IMG/VR virus record: IMGVR_UViG_3300020190_000007
Span: 106,861 to 170,860 of that record
DNA length: 64,000 bases
Reading direction: 5' to 3' (one strand)
DNA from: a virus
The notes below the pieces were generated by a model, which saw only the letters and a program-made list of their open reading frames with translations, was not told the DNA's origin and did no database searches. Of the stretch, positions 33,646 through 44,412 are shown one piece after another. The position numbers and the translations under genes were made by a program. Within the stretch, counting starts at the first letter, position 1. Every line of letters starts with the position of its first letter.

Positions 33646-35739
33646 TTATCTTATTCCTCTGTCTCCACCTGAAGATGTTAGTCCATATCTTCTCTTCATT
33701 CTAGTTACACCACTTCCAACACCAAAGTTGTACTGTTGCATACAGAATTTAAGTTGTTGTTTTTCTTTATCCGTAGCAGTTGCTTTACCCGCGGATTGGT
33801 CTCTATCGTTAATTGTGTCAAACAAATTTTTACAAGTTCTTCTATTTAAAGAGGCTTCAGGTTTAACAGTTGTGTCTCCACCTGATGTTGGTTTTGGTGA
33901 AACAGTTCCACCACCCTGTACAGGTGGTGTTACGGTTGTTCCAGTACTAGCAATTGTAGTTCCTGTATTAACCGTGGTACCTGTTTGTGATACTTTTTTA
34001 CATTTACTGATAATTCCATTATATGTGATTTCATCAATAACATCCATACCAAATTTATTTCTCATTTGAGATAAAGTTAATGGCCCAAAATTACCCGTTT
34101 GGTATTTCGATTCCATCCCTAAACATCTTTGTACTTCTCTAATTTTTTCATTCTTACAACCAAATCTGAATGGGAACGCATCACATTGATAATATTTTAT
34201 TGGTTGAGGCACTGGTATTGGTTTATCACCGTCACCGCCTCCACCTTCTTCTTTTTTCTTTTCACCATCCCATGTAATTTCAATACCAGATAAATCTGCG
34301 GTTTGATTACCTCCTTGATTTTCACCACCACCTGTTTTACCAGATTCGATTTGTTTAATAAGTTCATACATTTTATTTTTAGATAAAACTGAACTTGCTT
34401 GGAATGTTGCGATGTAATCTAATGATTTTTTTAACGAACCACTTCCTAATCCTGAGTCTTTATATAATTGTAAGAAATCTTTTCCTTTTGGACTTTTTGC
34501 ATATTTTGCCAATAATGTTCTTGCCTGTACCAAGTCACCACCCGAAACCGGAAAGTCTAACAAATCAATCATTGTCTCAACGTCGTTTGTCATTTCGGTT
34601 TCGGATTGTTCATTAATTACAAATGATTCAGGAATTGTTTGAATTTTACCTTGTTTACATTTCCAATTACCTCTTTTAGATGCATCATCACTAATAACTC
34701 TACCATTCATGTAGAAATTTAACCCACCTAAACTATCGTATTCTGAGTTACCTGTGTTTTTAACATAAACTATTGGGGAACCGTCAGATGATTCTTCAAT
34801 TTGTGCAGAACCATTATCAATAAGGTTTCTTAAACATTCTGCCATTCCATCGATTAAATTTGGGTCAACTTTTTTACCCTCCTCATCAACAACAACAACG
34901 TCACTTCCGTCTGAATCGGTTAATAAAGAGTAAATGAAGTATGCACCACCGGCCAATAATGCCCATTGTAATAATTTTTTAGTAACGGTAACTTTTTTAA
35001 TACCATCTTCGATAACAGTTTTTTTCTTACCGAATTTTTCCCACATTTTTTTCAACCACTCGTGGTATTTTTTACCACCACCAGCAATCATAACTTCTTT
35101 ACCTTTTGAGATTTTAGAAGCTTCCTCAGCCGTCTTAGCAGCATCTTTACCCGCTCCTGTGGCTTTTTTGGTGGTATCACCAGCCCTTTTTGCGACTGCC
35201 TTGTCTACAGCTTTCGCGGTAACTTTAGTAGAACCACCCGCATCTTGTGCTGCTTTTTTCAACATAGCCTCAGCTTCTTTACCCTCAATACCAAATTTAG
35301 CCATTGTTTCTTGTGCTAACTTTAGTTTAGACGCATCTGCAGCCATTTGTGTTCCTTTTGGAAATACTTGTTTTGCAATTTCCTTAAATTCAGGTTGAGT
35401 TCTTAAAAGTCCTTTCATTTTAATTGCAACTTCAGGAACATTCTTGATTGCATATTTTACAATTTCTGCAGACTCAACAGAGGTAATTTTACCAGCCTCA
35501 GCGGCTGCTTTAAATTCTGCGGCACTTTTAAATTTATTTCCAATTGCTGGAATTTCAGTTTTAAGTGTTTGCCATAACGCTTTTTCCACTTCAACTGTTC
35601 TTGCTAAGGTTTTTACCAAATCTTGGAACATTCTTAACTGTTCATTAAGAGGTTCTTCTGTTTTTGATTTAACTTTATTATCAATTGACTCCATTAGAGT
35701 CAGATACTTTCTTATTAGGATTGCGTCTTTGTTTTCCAT
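33646..35739 (-). CDS. large Ala/Lys-rich protein with one TM segment and a PG-binding-like domain
   Basis: LLQWALLAGGAYFIYSLL TM segment; FGCKNEKIREVQRCLG...GNFGPLT resembles PG_binding_1. Confidence 0.6.
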   Translation of the reverse strand: MENKDAILIRKYLTLMESIDNKVKSKTEEPLNEQLRMFQDLVKTLARTVEVEKALWQTLKTEIPAIGNKFKSAAEFKAAAEAGKITSVESAEIVKYAIKNVPEVAIKMKGLLRTQPEFKEIAKQVFPKGTQMAADASKLKLAQETMAKFGIEGKEAEAMLKKAAQDAGGSTKVTAKAVDKAVAKRAGDTTKKATGAGKDAAKTAEEASKISKGKEVMIAGGGKKYHEWLKKMWEKFGKKKTVIEDGIKKVTVTKKLLQWALLAGGAYFIYSLLTDSDGSDVVVVDEEGKKVDPNLIDGMAECLRNLIDNGSAQIEESSDGSPIVYVKNTGNSEYDSLGGLNFYMNGRVISDDASKRGNWKCKQGKIQTIPESFVINEQSETEMTNDVETMIDLLDFPVSGGDLVQARTLLAKYAKSPKGKDFLQLYKDSGLGSGSLKKSLDYIATFQASSVLSKNKMYELIKQIESGKTGGGENQGGNQTADLSGIEITWDGEKKKEEGGGGDGDKPIPVPQPIKYYQCDAFPFRFGCKNEKIREVQRCLGMESKYQTGNFGPLTLSQMRNKFGMDVIDEITYNGIISKCKKVSQTGTTVNTGTTIASTGTTVTPPVQGGGTVSPKPTSGGDTTVKPEASLNRRTCKNLFDTINDRDQSAGKATATDKEKQQLKFCMQQYNFGVGSGVTRMKRRYGLTSSGGDRGIR

Positions 35740-35754
35740 TTTTTTATTTTTAAT

Positions 35755-37056
35755 TTATTGATTATCCATTTGTTTAAATTTATTGATTAAAGCCTGCATA
35801 TCGGTTTGTGCCGCCTGTTTTAAGGTTTCGTCATTACTTGCGTATTGGGCAATTGCTTGGTCAGCTTTTGCTTTCTCTTGTTTTAATTTATTTTCATCTT
35901 CTTTAGCCTTACTTTCCGCATATTTCTCCACACCTTTCATACCAAGAGCAAATGCGGTACCTGTTTTAGCACCTTTAAATGCTGCCCTCTCTAATTCCGC
36001 TGCGGTTTTAGTTTTTAGTGCGGTTTTTAATGGATTAACAACATCAGTTTTAACACCTTGAACTATTGTTTTACCAAGACCTGGCCCCTCTGCAGCTTTA
36101 CTAAAGGCATTTTGTAGTTTTTTAACAACCTCACCAATTTTATTCTTAGCGATGTTTATCATTTCTGTTACCTTAGAACCACCCAAAGTTTTTGCCAACC
36201 ATTCAATTGGTTTTAAAATCATATTACTAATGAAACTAACACCCTTTCCTAAAAGTTGTAATAATTGTTTGATACCAGGTAATTTTGCTAATTTAGCAAT
36301 ACTTCTACCTGTTGCTTTTATTGCACCACCTAAGGCCTTTGCAGCGCCACCTGTTAAAAGTAAACCAAGAAGACAAACACCAATATCAAGATAAGACCAT
36401 ATGCTATTTTCAATTTTACCTGTGAACAGTTGATATATTTTCCATATTCCAAGAGCGCCCCATAAGATTGCTCCCGCGATTTTACCCACACCTATTGCCA
36501 TTAATGCAACTTCAATACCAATGGTTACGGGATTCAATAAAAATGCTTCGAGTTTTTCAAAAAACCAAGGAAGTCCTTTATTTAAAATCCAAGAACCAGC
36601 TTGTTTGACTTTATCCCAAACATATGAAGCCCCTTGTTTGACTTTTCCCCACGTATCATCCAACCATCCTTCCAACAATTCTGAAGGTGTGACAGGGAAT
36701 ACTTCTAACATTTTTGTTTTGACAAAATCCCAAGATTCCTCAATTGTTCTATATGTAGTCAGACTAAATTCTTCGGTTGATTCATAAATGAGATGCATAC
36801 CAAATCTTATTTCATATTCCGAAACAATACCTCTATCGTGTGTGATTAGTGGGTATATTAATTGTTTCATCTTTGAAAACAAATCAGTAGATTCCATTAA
36901 TTTATATTTGTAACTGTGTGTAAACTGATTTTTGAACATTTCACAAACAACGGATGGGTGGGCGTGATTTAAATCAAATTTTATTCCCGTTTCTAAATCT
37001 ACAACCATAGTTTCTAGTTGTACATATCTTCTATCTTTACTAACAGTAAAATCCAT
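35755..37056 (-). CDS. hypothetical protein with Gly-rich hydrophobic helices
   Basis: ORF track; TATTTAT motifs at 37076-37093. Confidence 0.6.
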   Translation of the reverse strand: MDFTVSKDRRYVQLETMVVDLETGIKFDLNHAHPSVVCEMFKNQFTHSYKYKLMESTDLFSKMKQLIYPLITHDRGIVSEYEIRFGMHLIYESTEEFSLTTYRTIEESWDFVKTKMLEVFPVTPSELLEGWLDDTWGKVKQGASYVWDKVKQAGSWILNKGLPWFFEKLEAFLLNPVTIGIEVALMAIGVGKIAGAILWGALGIWKIYQLFTGKIENSIWSYLDIGVCLLGLLLTGGAAKALGGAIKATGRSIAKLAKLPGIKQLLQLLGKGVSFISNMILKPIEWLAKTLGGSKVTEMINIAKNKIGEVVKKLQNAFSKAAEGPGLGKTIVQGVKTDVVNPLKTALKTKTAAELERAAFKGAKTGTAFALGMKGVEKYAESKAKEDENKLKQEKAKADQAIAQYASNDETLKQAAQTDMQALINKFKQMDNQ

Positions 37057-37097
37057 TTTTTTGTGTTTCTATATAATAAATATCATATAAATATCAT

Positions 37098-37352
37098 TTA
37101 TTTGAGTGGATTTCCATGACCTCTTTTTAAAACTGAACCAACCACGTCCGACCATTTGGTCACACCAATTTGATTGCCAGGCCCTCTAGTTACACCGCTT
37201 TCCCATTTTCCAACCTCAGGATAACCTTGTTTGCTACCTGAACTACCAACACCACTGGACGGTTGTGCCGCGGATGGGTCATTACCTTGCTCATCTAATT
37301 GAGCACTATCTACAATTTTTTTATATTGTTTTTCTGAGATTATAATCTTCAT
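37098..37352 (-). CDS. small protein with MKIIISEKQYK N-terminal motif
   Basis: ORF track; TATTTATA 37358-37365; internal KWESGVTRG / KWSDVV..LKRG duplication. Confidence 0.65.
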   Translation of the reverse strand: MKIIISEKQYKKIVDSAQLDEQGNDPSAAQPSSGVGSSGSKQGYPEVGKWESGVTRGPGNQIGVTKWSDVVGSVLKRGHGNPLK

Positions 37353-37436
37353 ATCCTTATAAATAGTAAAAAAAATCTTTAAAAATTTATTGTATAGTAT
37401 AAAAATATACCTATTTTAGCTGAAATTTTAAATATC

Positions 37437-38027
37437 ATGAAAAATTTATTTTATGTTTTTATTTTACTATTACTTACAAGTTGTCAGAAATATGAAGAAG
37501 TAAGTGAACCAATTTTGTACATGGGTGGTGGTAAATGGACTTTTGTTGATTATGATGTTGTTGTAATAAGTTCCCAAAGTCAAGTTGAGCTTATAAAAAA
37601 CGACACCATTTGTATCAATTCGTTTAATCAACAAAGTTTTATTAGTGGAGGGACTTTAATGTCACAAAATTATAAAAACACCGCGTTGTCACGTAGGTTT
37701 ATTAAGAATAAAACGATGTGGGAGTTTGATGGATATAATTTGTATTGTGATTGGTCGTTTCAACCAGGAGGTCAAAAACCCTCTCATGAACCATTTTGGG
37801 TTACTTACCCATCAAATGGTTTGTACACAAACTACACAAGGATGTCAATTTTAGACCATACTCTTGGTTTAAAAACCGATTACACTTTTAAAACGAATAA
37901 TGTTGGGGTTGCACCACCAAATGAATTAATTTTAATGAGCCCTGAAATAATTACGGATTTATATCTTTCAGATGGGACAAGAGAAAGGGCGGTTACTGTG
38001 AAAGTAATTTTAACCTTTTTAAGATAA
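37437..38027 (+). CDS. lipoprotein
   Basis: Signal peptide with LLTSC lipobox followed by QKYEE (Bacteroidota export-signal-like). Confidence 0.75.
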   Translation: MKNLFYVFILLLLTSCQKYEEVSEPILYMGGGKWTFVDYDVVVISSQSQVELIKNDTICINSFNQQSFISGGTLMSQNYKNTALSRRFIKNKTMWEFDGYNLYCDWSFQPGGQKPSHEPFWVTYPSNGLYTNYTRMSILDHTLGLKTDYTFKTNNVGVAPPNELILMSPEIITDLYLSDGTRERAVTVKVILTFLR

Positions 38028-38028
38028 T

Positions 38029-38397
38029 TTACTCATCATATATTGTATTATCTTTCTTGGAAAACATCTTTATGTATTGTCCAGCTTTAGAATTGGCTTC
38101 ATCTTCAATTTCACCCCCTATGTCAGGTGGTTGTACTTTTAGTCTACCTTGTTCATATTGTTTATGGTGAATCATTTCGTGAGCGATACTTCTTAACACG
38201 TCAACCAAAGCTCTATTTTTAACATTAACTCGAATTATTTTTGGGTCCTTTAAATAATTGTAACTCGCTGTGGTTTTTAGTTCACCTCTACCATTTTGTA
38301 AAATAACAACAGGGCACTTCTCTAAGTTTAGTTCGATTTTAACAAACTTAACAAACTCACTAATTTTATCTTTTTTTTTGTCACTTAAAAAATCCAT
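38029..38397 (-). CDS. HExxH metallopeptidase-like protein
   Basis: LRSIAHEMIHHKQ...EDEAN. Confidence 0.7.
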   Translation of the reverse strand: MDFLSDKKKDKISEFVKFVKIELNLEKCPVVILQNGRGELKTTASYNYLKDPKIIRVNVKNRALVDVLRSIAHEMIHHKQYEQGRLKVQPPDIGGEIEDEANSKAGQYIKMFSKKDNTIYDE

Positions 38398-38477
38398 ATT
38401 AATAAATATTGTTGGTATGGTAATTTATCATTGAAAAAAAAAATTGAATTAATATCTTATTTCAAATAATTACTGAT

Positions 38478-38813
38478 ATGATGGATTGGTATACCATTAA
38501 ATATTTATATCCGAGAGCGTTAAACATCTTTTCTAAAATGATGTTTCCTAACGTTGGTTTACCATGCTTATCGGTTCTTCGATATTACGACATTAAGAAA
38601 TTGTACAAATTTTTTGATAAAAACGGTATCTATCTTACTGTAGAAATGATGACAAGGAATAATTGGGTTTATAGTTTGTCATTAAATGATGGCAAGATAT
38701 TTTTTCCTTGTCAAGACTCTCAATCAAATAGAGAATTGATTGAAGTAGAGGGTTTTTATGAATGTTTTAGATTATTAGAATCAAAACTGAAAGATGTCAA
38801 TTATCCTTTTTAG
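38478..38813 (+). CDS. hypothetical protein
   Basis: ORF track. Confidence 0.55.
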   Translation: MMDWYTIKYLYPRALNIFSKMMFPNVGLPCLSVLRYYDIKKLYKFFDKNGIYLTVEMMTRNNWVYSLSLNDGKIFFPCQDSQSNRELIEVEGFYECFRLLESKLKDVNYPF

Positions 38814-39027
38814 AAGATAATGTTCGAGTAAAAAATATATACGATAACCAAAAACATCCTGAAATAAAGTAAAAAATTATATCTGCAACCCAATACGAGC
38901 CAGTGACCTCCATCAACAACTTGAATGAAGCGTCGTACCCAAATGGGAGAAAGAACATCGCTAACATTAGAGATGTATCTCGATAAAGGGTCAATCTTGT
39001 CTCCTTGTGTTTCAGTTTGTGTATCAC
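38797..39027 (-). CDS. small two-TM membrane protein
   Basis: LMLAMFFLPFGYD and WVADIIFYFISGCFW hydrophobic segments. Confidence 0.6.
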   Translation of the reverse strand: MIHKLKHKETRLTLYRDTSLMLAMFFLPFGYDASFKLLMEVTGSYWVADIIFYFISGCFWLSYIFFTRTLSSKKDN

Positions 39028-39083
39028 TATCGGGGTCCATATAGGTGTATTAAAATACTTATGACTATTAGTCGGGGTTTATA

Positions 39084-40016
39084 TTAAATATTCGGATAAT
39101 CTAACATTTTTTTAATACCATCTTTTAATTGTATAAAATTATTATAATTTGTACAATTTTTTAATTCATCTAAATCAGGTTTTCTCCATTTAGTATCGTT
39201 CTTCCAACCTTCTTTATAGATAACGTTGAACTCAATACCCATGATTTCGTGAATTACTTTTGATAATTCATTTATTGTCACCTCTTCGTCAAAACCAATA
39301 TTTAAAATTTTATCATTAACATTTTCAATCAATTGATTCATTATGTCGGTATGGTTTGTAACATAACAAAAAGAACGAGTTTGTTTACCATCACCAAACA
39401 AGTAAAATTGTTCGCTCGATTTAATTCTTTCTATAAATTCAGGTATAACTTGTCCGTAACCGTTTGTTGCCATTCTTGGTCCATAGGTATTGAATGGTCT
39501 AACGATTAGATAATTTTTTTGATTTTCCCTAGCCCATAATCTAACCAAATACTCACCTATTGCTTTTGATGACGCATAAGAATCTCTATCGGATAATGAA
39601 TCTAAAATTATATATTCAGTTTCTTTTGTTGGGACTTTAGGTTCGGGACCATATACTTCAGAAGACGACGCATAAACAACTTTTCTAACTGACTTTCCAC
39701 AGGATTCTAAAATGTTTTGTGTTAAAAGAATATTATCATTACAAACTTTGTACGGTATGTCATAAAAATACTTTGTTCCGTTGATTGCTGCATAGTGTAC
39801 AACAATTTCAGGATACTCGGTATTCATCATAATCTTTGTTTGACTTAAATTCCTTAAATCAATTTCGTAAAACCTAAAATTATCATGAATCGGTAAATTT
39901 GATTTTTTACCTCTGAAAAAATTATCAACACCAATAACTTGATGTCCATTACTTAAAAGAGAATCACATAAATGTGAACCTAAAAATCCAGCGGCTCCTG
40001 TGACTAAAATTCTCAC
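39084..40016 (-). CDS. NAD-dependent epimerase/dehydratase (UDP-glucuronate decarboxylase-like)
   Basis: VTGAAGFLGSHL, ASSSEVYG, YASSK, RPFNTYGP, TRSFCYV. Confidence 0.88.
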   Translation of the reverse strand: MRILVTGAAGFLGSHLCDSLLSNGHQVIGVDNFFRGKKSNLPIHDNFRFYEIDLRNLSQTKIMMNTEYPEIVVHYAAINGTKYFYDIPYKVCNDNILLTQNILESCGKSVRKVVYASSSEVYGPEPKVPTKETEYIILDSLSDRDSYASSKAIGEYLVRLWARENQKNYLIVRPFNTYGPRMATNGYGQVIPEFIERIKSSEQFYLFGDGKQTRSFCYVTNHTDIMNQLIENVNDKILNIGFDEEVTINELSKVIHEIMGIEFNVIYKEGWKNDTKWRKPDLDELKNCTNYNNFIQLKDGIKKMLDYPNI

Positions 40017-40814
40017 TTATTTTCTCATCCCTTTTGGGACCTTTTTTATAAATTTATCATTTTCCTCATCAATAAATTTGAAAATGTCAACATCGATATT
40101 ATATTTTTTACAAAGAACTTTCATAGCTTTGGTGTCCTTAGGTAAACAAGGGCCCGCGTATCCACCAAACTCTTCATTTACGTTCAAATAATGACTTTCA
40201 CCCACTCCGTGAAATAAAAACGCATCTTTAATCGCGCCATAATTAGCTCCAAAATGTTGACAAACTTTGTGGAATGAATTCGCAAATGTAATTTTTGTTG
40301 CTTTATAAGTGTTTGAAAAATACTTCATTAATTCAGCTTCAACAATTTTCATTTTTACCCTATGAATAGGTAAATTACCATGACTTTCAACAATTAAGTT
40401 ATAATCGATATCATTTTCAGTCCCAACTACAAGTATGTTATTATTAAATACAAAATCATTATATGCGCATCTTTCTTTTAAAAATTCCGGTACAAAAACA
40501 AATCTACAATTTGGATAAACTAATTTTAATTTATTAGTTGTTCCAGGTTCTACCGTGCTTTTTATTGCAATTAAACCGTTATAGTTTAATTCATCTAATT
40601 GACTCACCACACTGCTTACCGCGGATAAATCACATTCTTCATTTAAACCAATTATCGTACTAACCGTTAAGTATACGATTTCACAACCTAAAACATCCTC
40701 TATTTTTGTCTCAGGCATTTTTATATCGTAAATAGATACTTCGTGTCCAATATATTCAAACCCATCTTTAATTGCTTGACCCACAACACCAATACCAATG
40801 ACTCCAATTTTCAT
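40017..40814 (-). CDS. UDP-glucose/GDP-mannose dehydrogenase family protein
   Basis: GIGVVG, IKSTVEPG, PEFLKE, GYAGPCLPKD. Confidence 0.9.
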   Translation of the reverse strand: MKIGVIGIGVVGQAIKDGFEYIGHEVSIYDIKMPETKIEDVLGCEIVYLTVSTIIGLNEECDLSAVSSVVSQLDELNYNGLIAIKSTVEPGTTNKLKLVYPNCRFVFVPEFLKERCAYNDFVFNNNILVVGTENDIDYNLIVESHGNLPIHRVKMKIVEAELMKYFSNTYKATKITFANSFHKVCQHFGANYGAIKDAFLFHGVGESHYLNVNEEFGGYAGPCLPKDTKAMKVLCKKYNIDVDIFKFIDEENDKFIKKVPKGMRK

Positions 40815-40819
40815 AAAAT

Positions 40820-42529
40820 TTAATTTTCTCTTCTTTCGTCGGGTTGATAGTGTTTAATTCTATCATGCCAAATCGGTGACGCTAATAATACCGCAGGTCT
40901 TAGTTTATTTTCTTTTGTTAATTGATACATATATGACATCCACGTTTGTTCAAATGGATGTGCCCATTTTGTTTCTATGAACATTTTATAATTACCTTCT
41001 TTACTAACAATCATTGGCCAATTTGCATAATAAATTTCACCGTCGATATAAGATAATCCATCCATACTTTTAATATTCTTAAAATTAGTTAATGGTACAT
41101 TTGGGTCTAAACCTGTCACAGGTAATTTATCATAGTTGGGCCAATCTCTTGTTCTAATTGTTTGTGGCACATTGTACCAAGAACATTGTTTGTCGTTATC
41201 AAAATATACTTCAGTAAATGACAATTTAAGAAAATCAAATTGTTCTTTTAACATTATTCTGTGAACCAAATTGTAAAGATTGGGGATGTATTTTCTAAAT
41301 CCGTTTCTACAAAATTGACCTTCAATTTCAGGAGGATTAACGGTCATATCGTCTTCAAAAAAGAACATAAAATCAGCATCAGAATTATGAAAATGTTCTG
41401 ACGCCGCTTGTCTACCTCCACAAATACCGGTGTTACCCCCTAAACTAACATATTCAAATTTAAAACTTTCAGCGATTTCCCTATTTTTATCTCGAGATTC
41501 TTGGGTTGTTGAATTATCGAGTAAAACTAAATGCGGTCTATTTAACCAATCGGGCGTTTTTTCCATTGATGTAATGGTGTGTAAAACCTGCTCAGCGAAA
41601 TTAAATGTTAAGACGTATAAATTTGTTTTAACCTTTTCAACATCCCTATCTGTGTACTTAATAAATTTTTGGGATTGGGTTATTTTAGGTGCAACGATAT
41701 CTACTTTTTTATCAATAATCGCTTGGGTAAATTTCACAATCAAACCATTACCATCTAATTCAAATCTTTTGTACAAGTGAGGTTCATTGTATGACATCAA
41801 AGTAAAGACACTTTCCTCTGTTCCCATGTAACCCGTATTCAATGTGTTAGTCAAGATTGAATAATATGTTGCATTTGCTTCGTGTATTTGTTGTTTGTGT
41901 CCACCGAACAAACCACCTCGACAAACATATTCTACCTTCGTTCGTGCAATCTTATTCATTTCAGTAAAAGTGAAACCATGAATTTCATTTTCGGCTTGAT
42001 ATGGATAACTTAAAAATAAAAATGGATTACCATATTCAGGTAATTTATTTAAGATGTTATTTTCAGTTATATGTGTGTGAGGCACAGTATTTGTAATTCC
42101 CGCATCTAACCAAAAGAAATACTCAGTGTCAAATGGATTCCAAATTGACGCGTCATTTAACATAAACATTTTAGATTGAACTATTGGGTTATAGTATTCC
42201 AAAACTGCTTGTGGTGAACCCGATAACCAACCAGCTTGATTTAACCAATCAGGACATGTCCTTATTTCTTGAGTTTTATTCCAAAAAGGGTCGTATAATC
42301 TTTTTATATCTTCCAATTCGGTTATTCGTACATATGTATTCTCTCTACTTCGTTTTTCCCAAACCAAATATTCATATTCCGCTGGTATATAAATGAATAA
42401 ATTTTGTGGAATATCTAAGAACATTTTGAAGTGTTCAATATAATGTGTAAAATCCCTCCCCGGTCTACCAATATTCCATAAACCAGTAACAATAGTTAAA
42501 TTTTTATTAATCTCTTGATTCATCACCAA
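40820..42529 (-). CDS. two-domain glycosyltransferase (HtrL/YibB-like plus GT-A)
   Basis: TIVTGLWNIGR, FFWLDAG, GGLFGG in the N-half; FFEDD in the C-half. Confidence 0.65.
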   Translation of the reverse strand: MVMNQEINKNLTIVTGLWNIGRPGRDFTHYIEHFKMFLDIPQNLFIYIPAEYEYLVWEKRSRENTYVRITELEDIKRLYDPFWNKTQEIRTCPDWLNQAGWLSGSPQAVLEYYNPIVQSKMFMLNDASIWNPFDTEYFFWLDAGITNTVPHTHITENNILNKLPEYGNPFLFLSYPYQAENEIHGFTFTEMNKIARTKVEYVCRGGLFGGHKQQIHEANATYYSILTNTLNTGYMGTEESVFTLMSYNEPHLYKRFELDGNGLIVKFTQAIIDKKVDIVAPKITQSQKFIKYTDRDVEKVKTNLYVLTFNFAEQVLHTITSMEKTPDWLNRPHLVLLDNSTTQESRDKNREIAESFKFEYVSLGGNTGICGGRQAASEHFHNSDADFMFFFEDDMTVNPPEIEGQFCRNGFRKYIPNLYNLVHRIMLKEQFDFLKLSFTEVYFDNDKQCSWYNVPQTIRTRDWPNYDKLPVTGLDPNVPLTNFKNIKSMDGLSYIDGEIYYANWPMIVSKEGNYKMFIETKWAHPFEQTWMSYMYQLTKENKLRPAVLLASPIWHDRIKHYQPDERREN

Positions 42530-42542
42530 CTCTTTATTTATT

Positions 42543-43319
42543 TCATTTGTTTCGTAATCTGTTATACGTGTTTTTTATTCCTTGTTCTAATCCAACATAC
42601 TCAATTCCTAAATCAATAAAATTTCCGCAATATTTTTTACCTATTATAGAGTCGTTAAGGGTTGGTGATTTGAACTCACCTAAATTATTTATCATCTGTA
42701 GAATTTCTATAGTTTTAAAGGTTTTATTGTAAGTACATTCATGAATTTTTGGTAGAATATCTTTATCACTAAAGATAAAATATTTTACCAACCTTGTAAA
42801 GTCTTCCATATAAAAAAAATCCATTTCTTTATTTTCATATAAAACAAATGGCTCCTCCTTGATGTATCTTACTATATTCGACTTTATAAATCTTGTGTCA
42901 ATCTCGTTTTCATCAAAAACTGCAAACAATCTTATATTAAAAAAATTATCTTTTTCTAAAATGGAATTATGGATAACTTTTTTACTTAAACCATATGGTG
43001 ACTCACTATTGAAAATTTCTGCACCCGAACCCAAATTAATAAATCTATCAAACCGATTTTTACAACCTAAAAGATTAAAATACATCTTCAAATTCTCATC
43101 CATTATTTGAAAATCATCTTTTTTTAGTCTACTTCCTCCAATTACTGCGCAATGTAAAACAACATCGAAATATTTGTCTGAAAAAAATTTCAAAGTTTCA
43201 AAAGAGTCGGTTAAATCAAAATCTTTTCTCGATATCCCAACAACATTAAATTGATTTTTTAAACTTTCAAACAATGATTTACCTATGTATCCATTTGCTC
43301 CTGTAATTAGTATTCTCAT
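42543..43319 (-). CDS. NAD-dependent epimerase/reductase
   Basis: ITGANGYIG, YGLSK. Confidence 0.85.
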   Translation of the reverse strand: MRILITGANGYIGKSLFESLKNQFNVVGISRKDFDLTDSFETLKFFSDKYFDVVLHCAVIGGSRLKKDDFQIMDENLKMYFNLLGCKNRFDRFINLGSGAEIFNSESPYGLSKKVIHNSILEKDNFFNIRLFAVFDENEIDTRFIKSNIVRYIKEEPFVLYENKEMDFFYMEDFTRLVKYFIFSDKDILPKIHECTYNKTFKTIEILQMINNLGEFKSPTLNDSIIGKKYCGNFIDLGIEYVGLEQGIKNTYNRLRNK

Positions 43320-43792
43320 TTTTTTAAATTAATATAAACAGGAGAATTATTATTAACAGCAAAATTAAAATCATTTTCTAATTCATCCTGAGTATGTGGT
43401 TTAAATAATTTAAGATTTTCAAATATGCTTAGAGCAGCTAAATCTTCACTAGCCCAATGTGAGAATCCTAAATAACCATAATCTTCATTTCTACCACCAC
43501 CTAATATCTTTACAGGAATATTTTCATGATTAACGTAATTTCTAATCATTTCAAATGGTCTATAAATAGCAAACGGTGTAATTGAATATACAAATGGTAT
43601 TTTATTTTCCATCGCTAGTCCAATAGCTATGCCCATCATAGCCATTTCAGATGACCCCACATTAAAAAATCTATCAGGAAATATATTCATAATGTCATCC
43701 CATAAACCATAACCTAAATCACCTGTAATAAGATAAATATCAGGATTAGATTTCATTTCATTAAGCAATAATTTAGCAAATTCTCGTCTCAT
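43316..43792 (-). CDS. transketolase, pyrimidine-binding domain subunit
   Basis: TGDLGYG, RFFNVGSSE, GLAMEN, RPFEMIR, LGFSH. Confidence 0.88.
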   Translation of the reverse strand: MRREFAKLLLNEMKSNPDIYLITGDLGYGLWDDIMNIFPDRFFNVGSSEMAMMGIAIGLAMENKIPFVYSITPFAIYRPFEMIRNYVNHENIPVKILGGGRNEDYGYLGFSHWASEDLAALSIFENLKLFKPHTQDELENDFNFAVNNNSPVYINLKK

Positions 43793-44412
43793 AATAATTG
43801 TTCTAATGCTGTTTGGTAATCATTTTCTTTCATTATATGGTAGTGAGCATTTAATCCTTTAAGAAATGAAAAATGTTCTACTGTAGTGTAATGGATATTA
43901 ATATTAGATAGAAATGATTTTAATCTATTTGTCAAATATTCAACGTCTACTTCTCTATAAGCTGCATATCCATTTACGTTAACATGTACCTCAATGTTTG
44001 TAATGTTTTGTTCAACTATGGTTTTAAGAGATTCCCAAACACTACCTTCAGCACACTCACCATCACTTAATAACACATATACTTTTCTATTTAGATTAGC
44101 AATTGCTCTTCCTAGGGCAATAGTAATACCTAAACCCAAACTACCTGTTGAGCAACATATACCCGCTTCTTCATCCCAATGTGGGTGTCCACCATGTTTT
44201 AAAAATAATGCTTCAGCATCTTGTCCTCTATATTTTTCCAAGCAAACGTATAATGCTAATGCGGCATGGCCTGATGATAAGATGAATATATCATCTTTAT
44301 TCATTTTTTGATAGATACTATCAATTATTTCTAGTGCTGAGAAATAACTACCAAGATGACCTAATTTATGTTTATAGGCGATTTCAACTATTCGTTTCTT
44401 TAGCTCTACCAT
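43789..44412 (-). CDS. transketolase, N-terminal TPP-binding subunit
   Basis: GHLGS, LSSGH, STGSLGLG, SDGECAEGSVWE. Confidence 0.9.
   Translation of the reverse strand: MVELKKRIVEIAYKHKLGHLGSYFSALEIIDSIYQKMNKDDIFILSSGHAALALYVCLEKYRGQDAEALFLKHGGHPHWDEEAGICCSTGSLGLGITIALGRAIANLNRKVYVLLSDGECAEGSVWESLKTIVEQNITNIEVHVNVNGYAAYREVDVEYLTNRLKSFLSNINIHYTTVEHFSFLKGLNAHYHIMKENDYQTALEQLL

Noticed and set aside
33363-36787. Numerous plus-strand ORFs opposite long minus-strand genes (also at 6754, 11685, 17971, 41430, 43994)
   Set aside because: Antisense shadows with no recognisable motifs or expression signals
38810-39040. Alternative 76-aa ORF overlapping 38797-39027
   Set aside because: The other frame gives a more coherent two-TM protein
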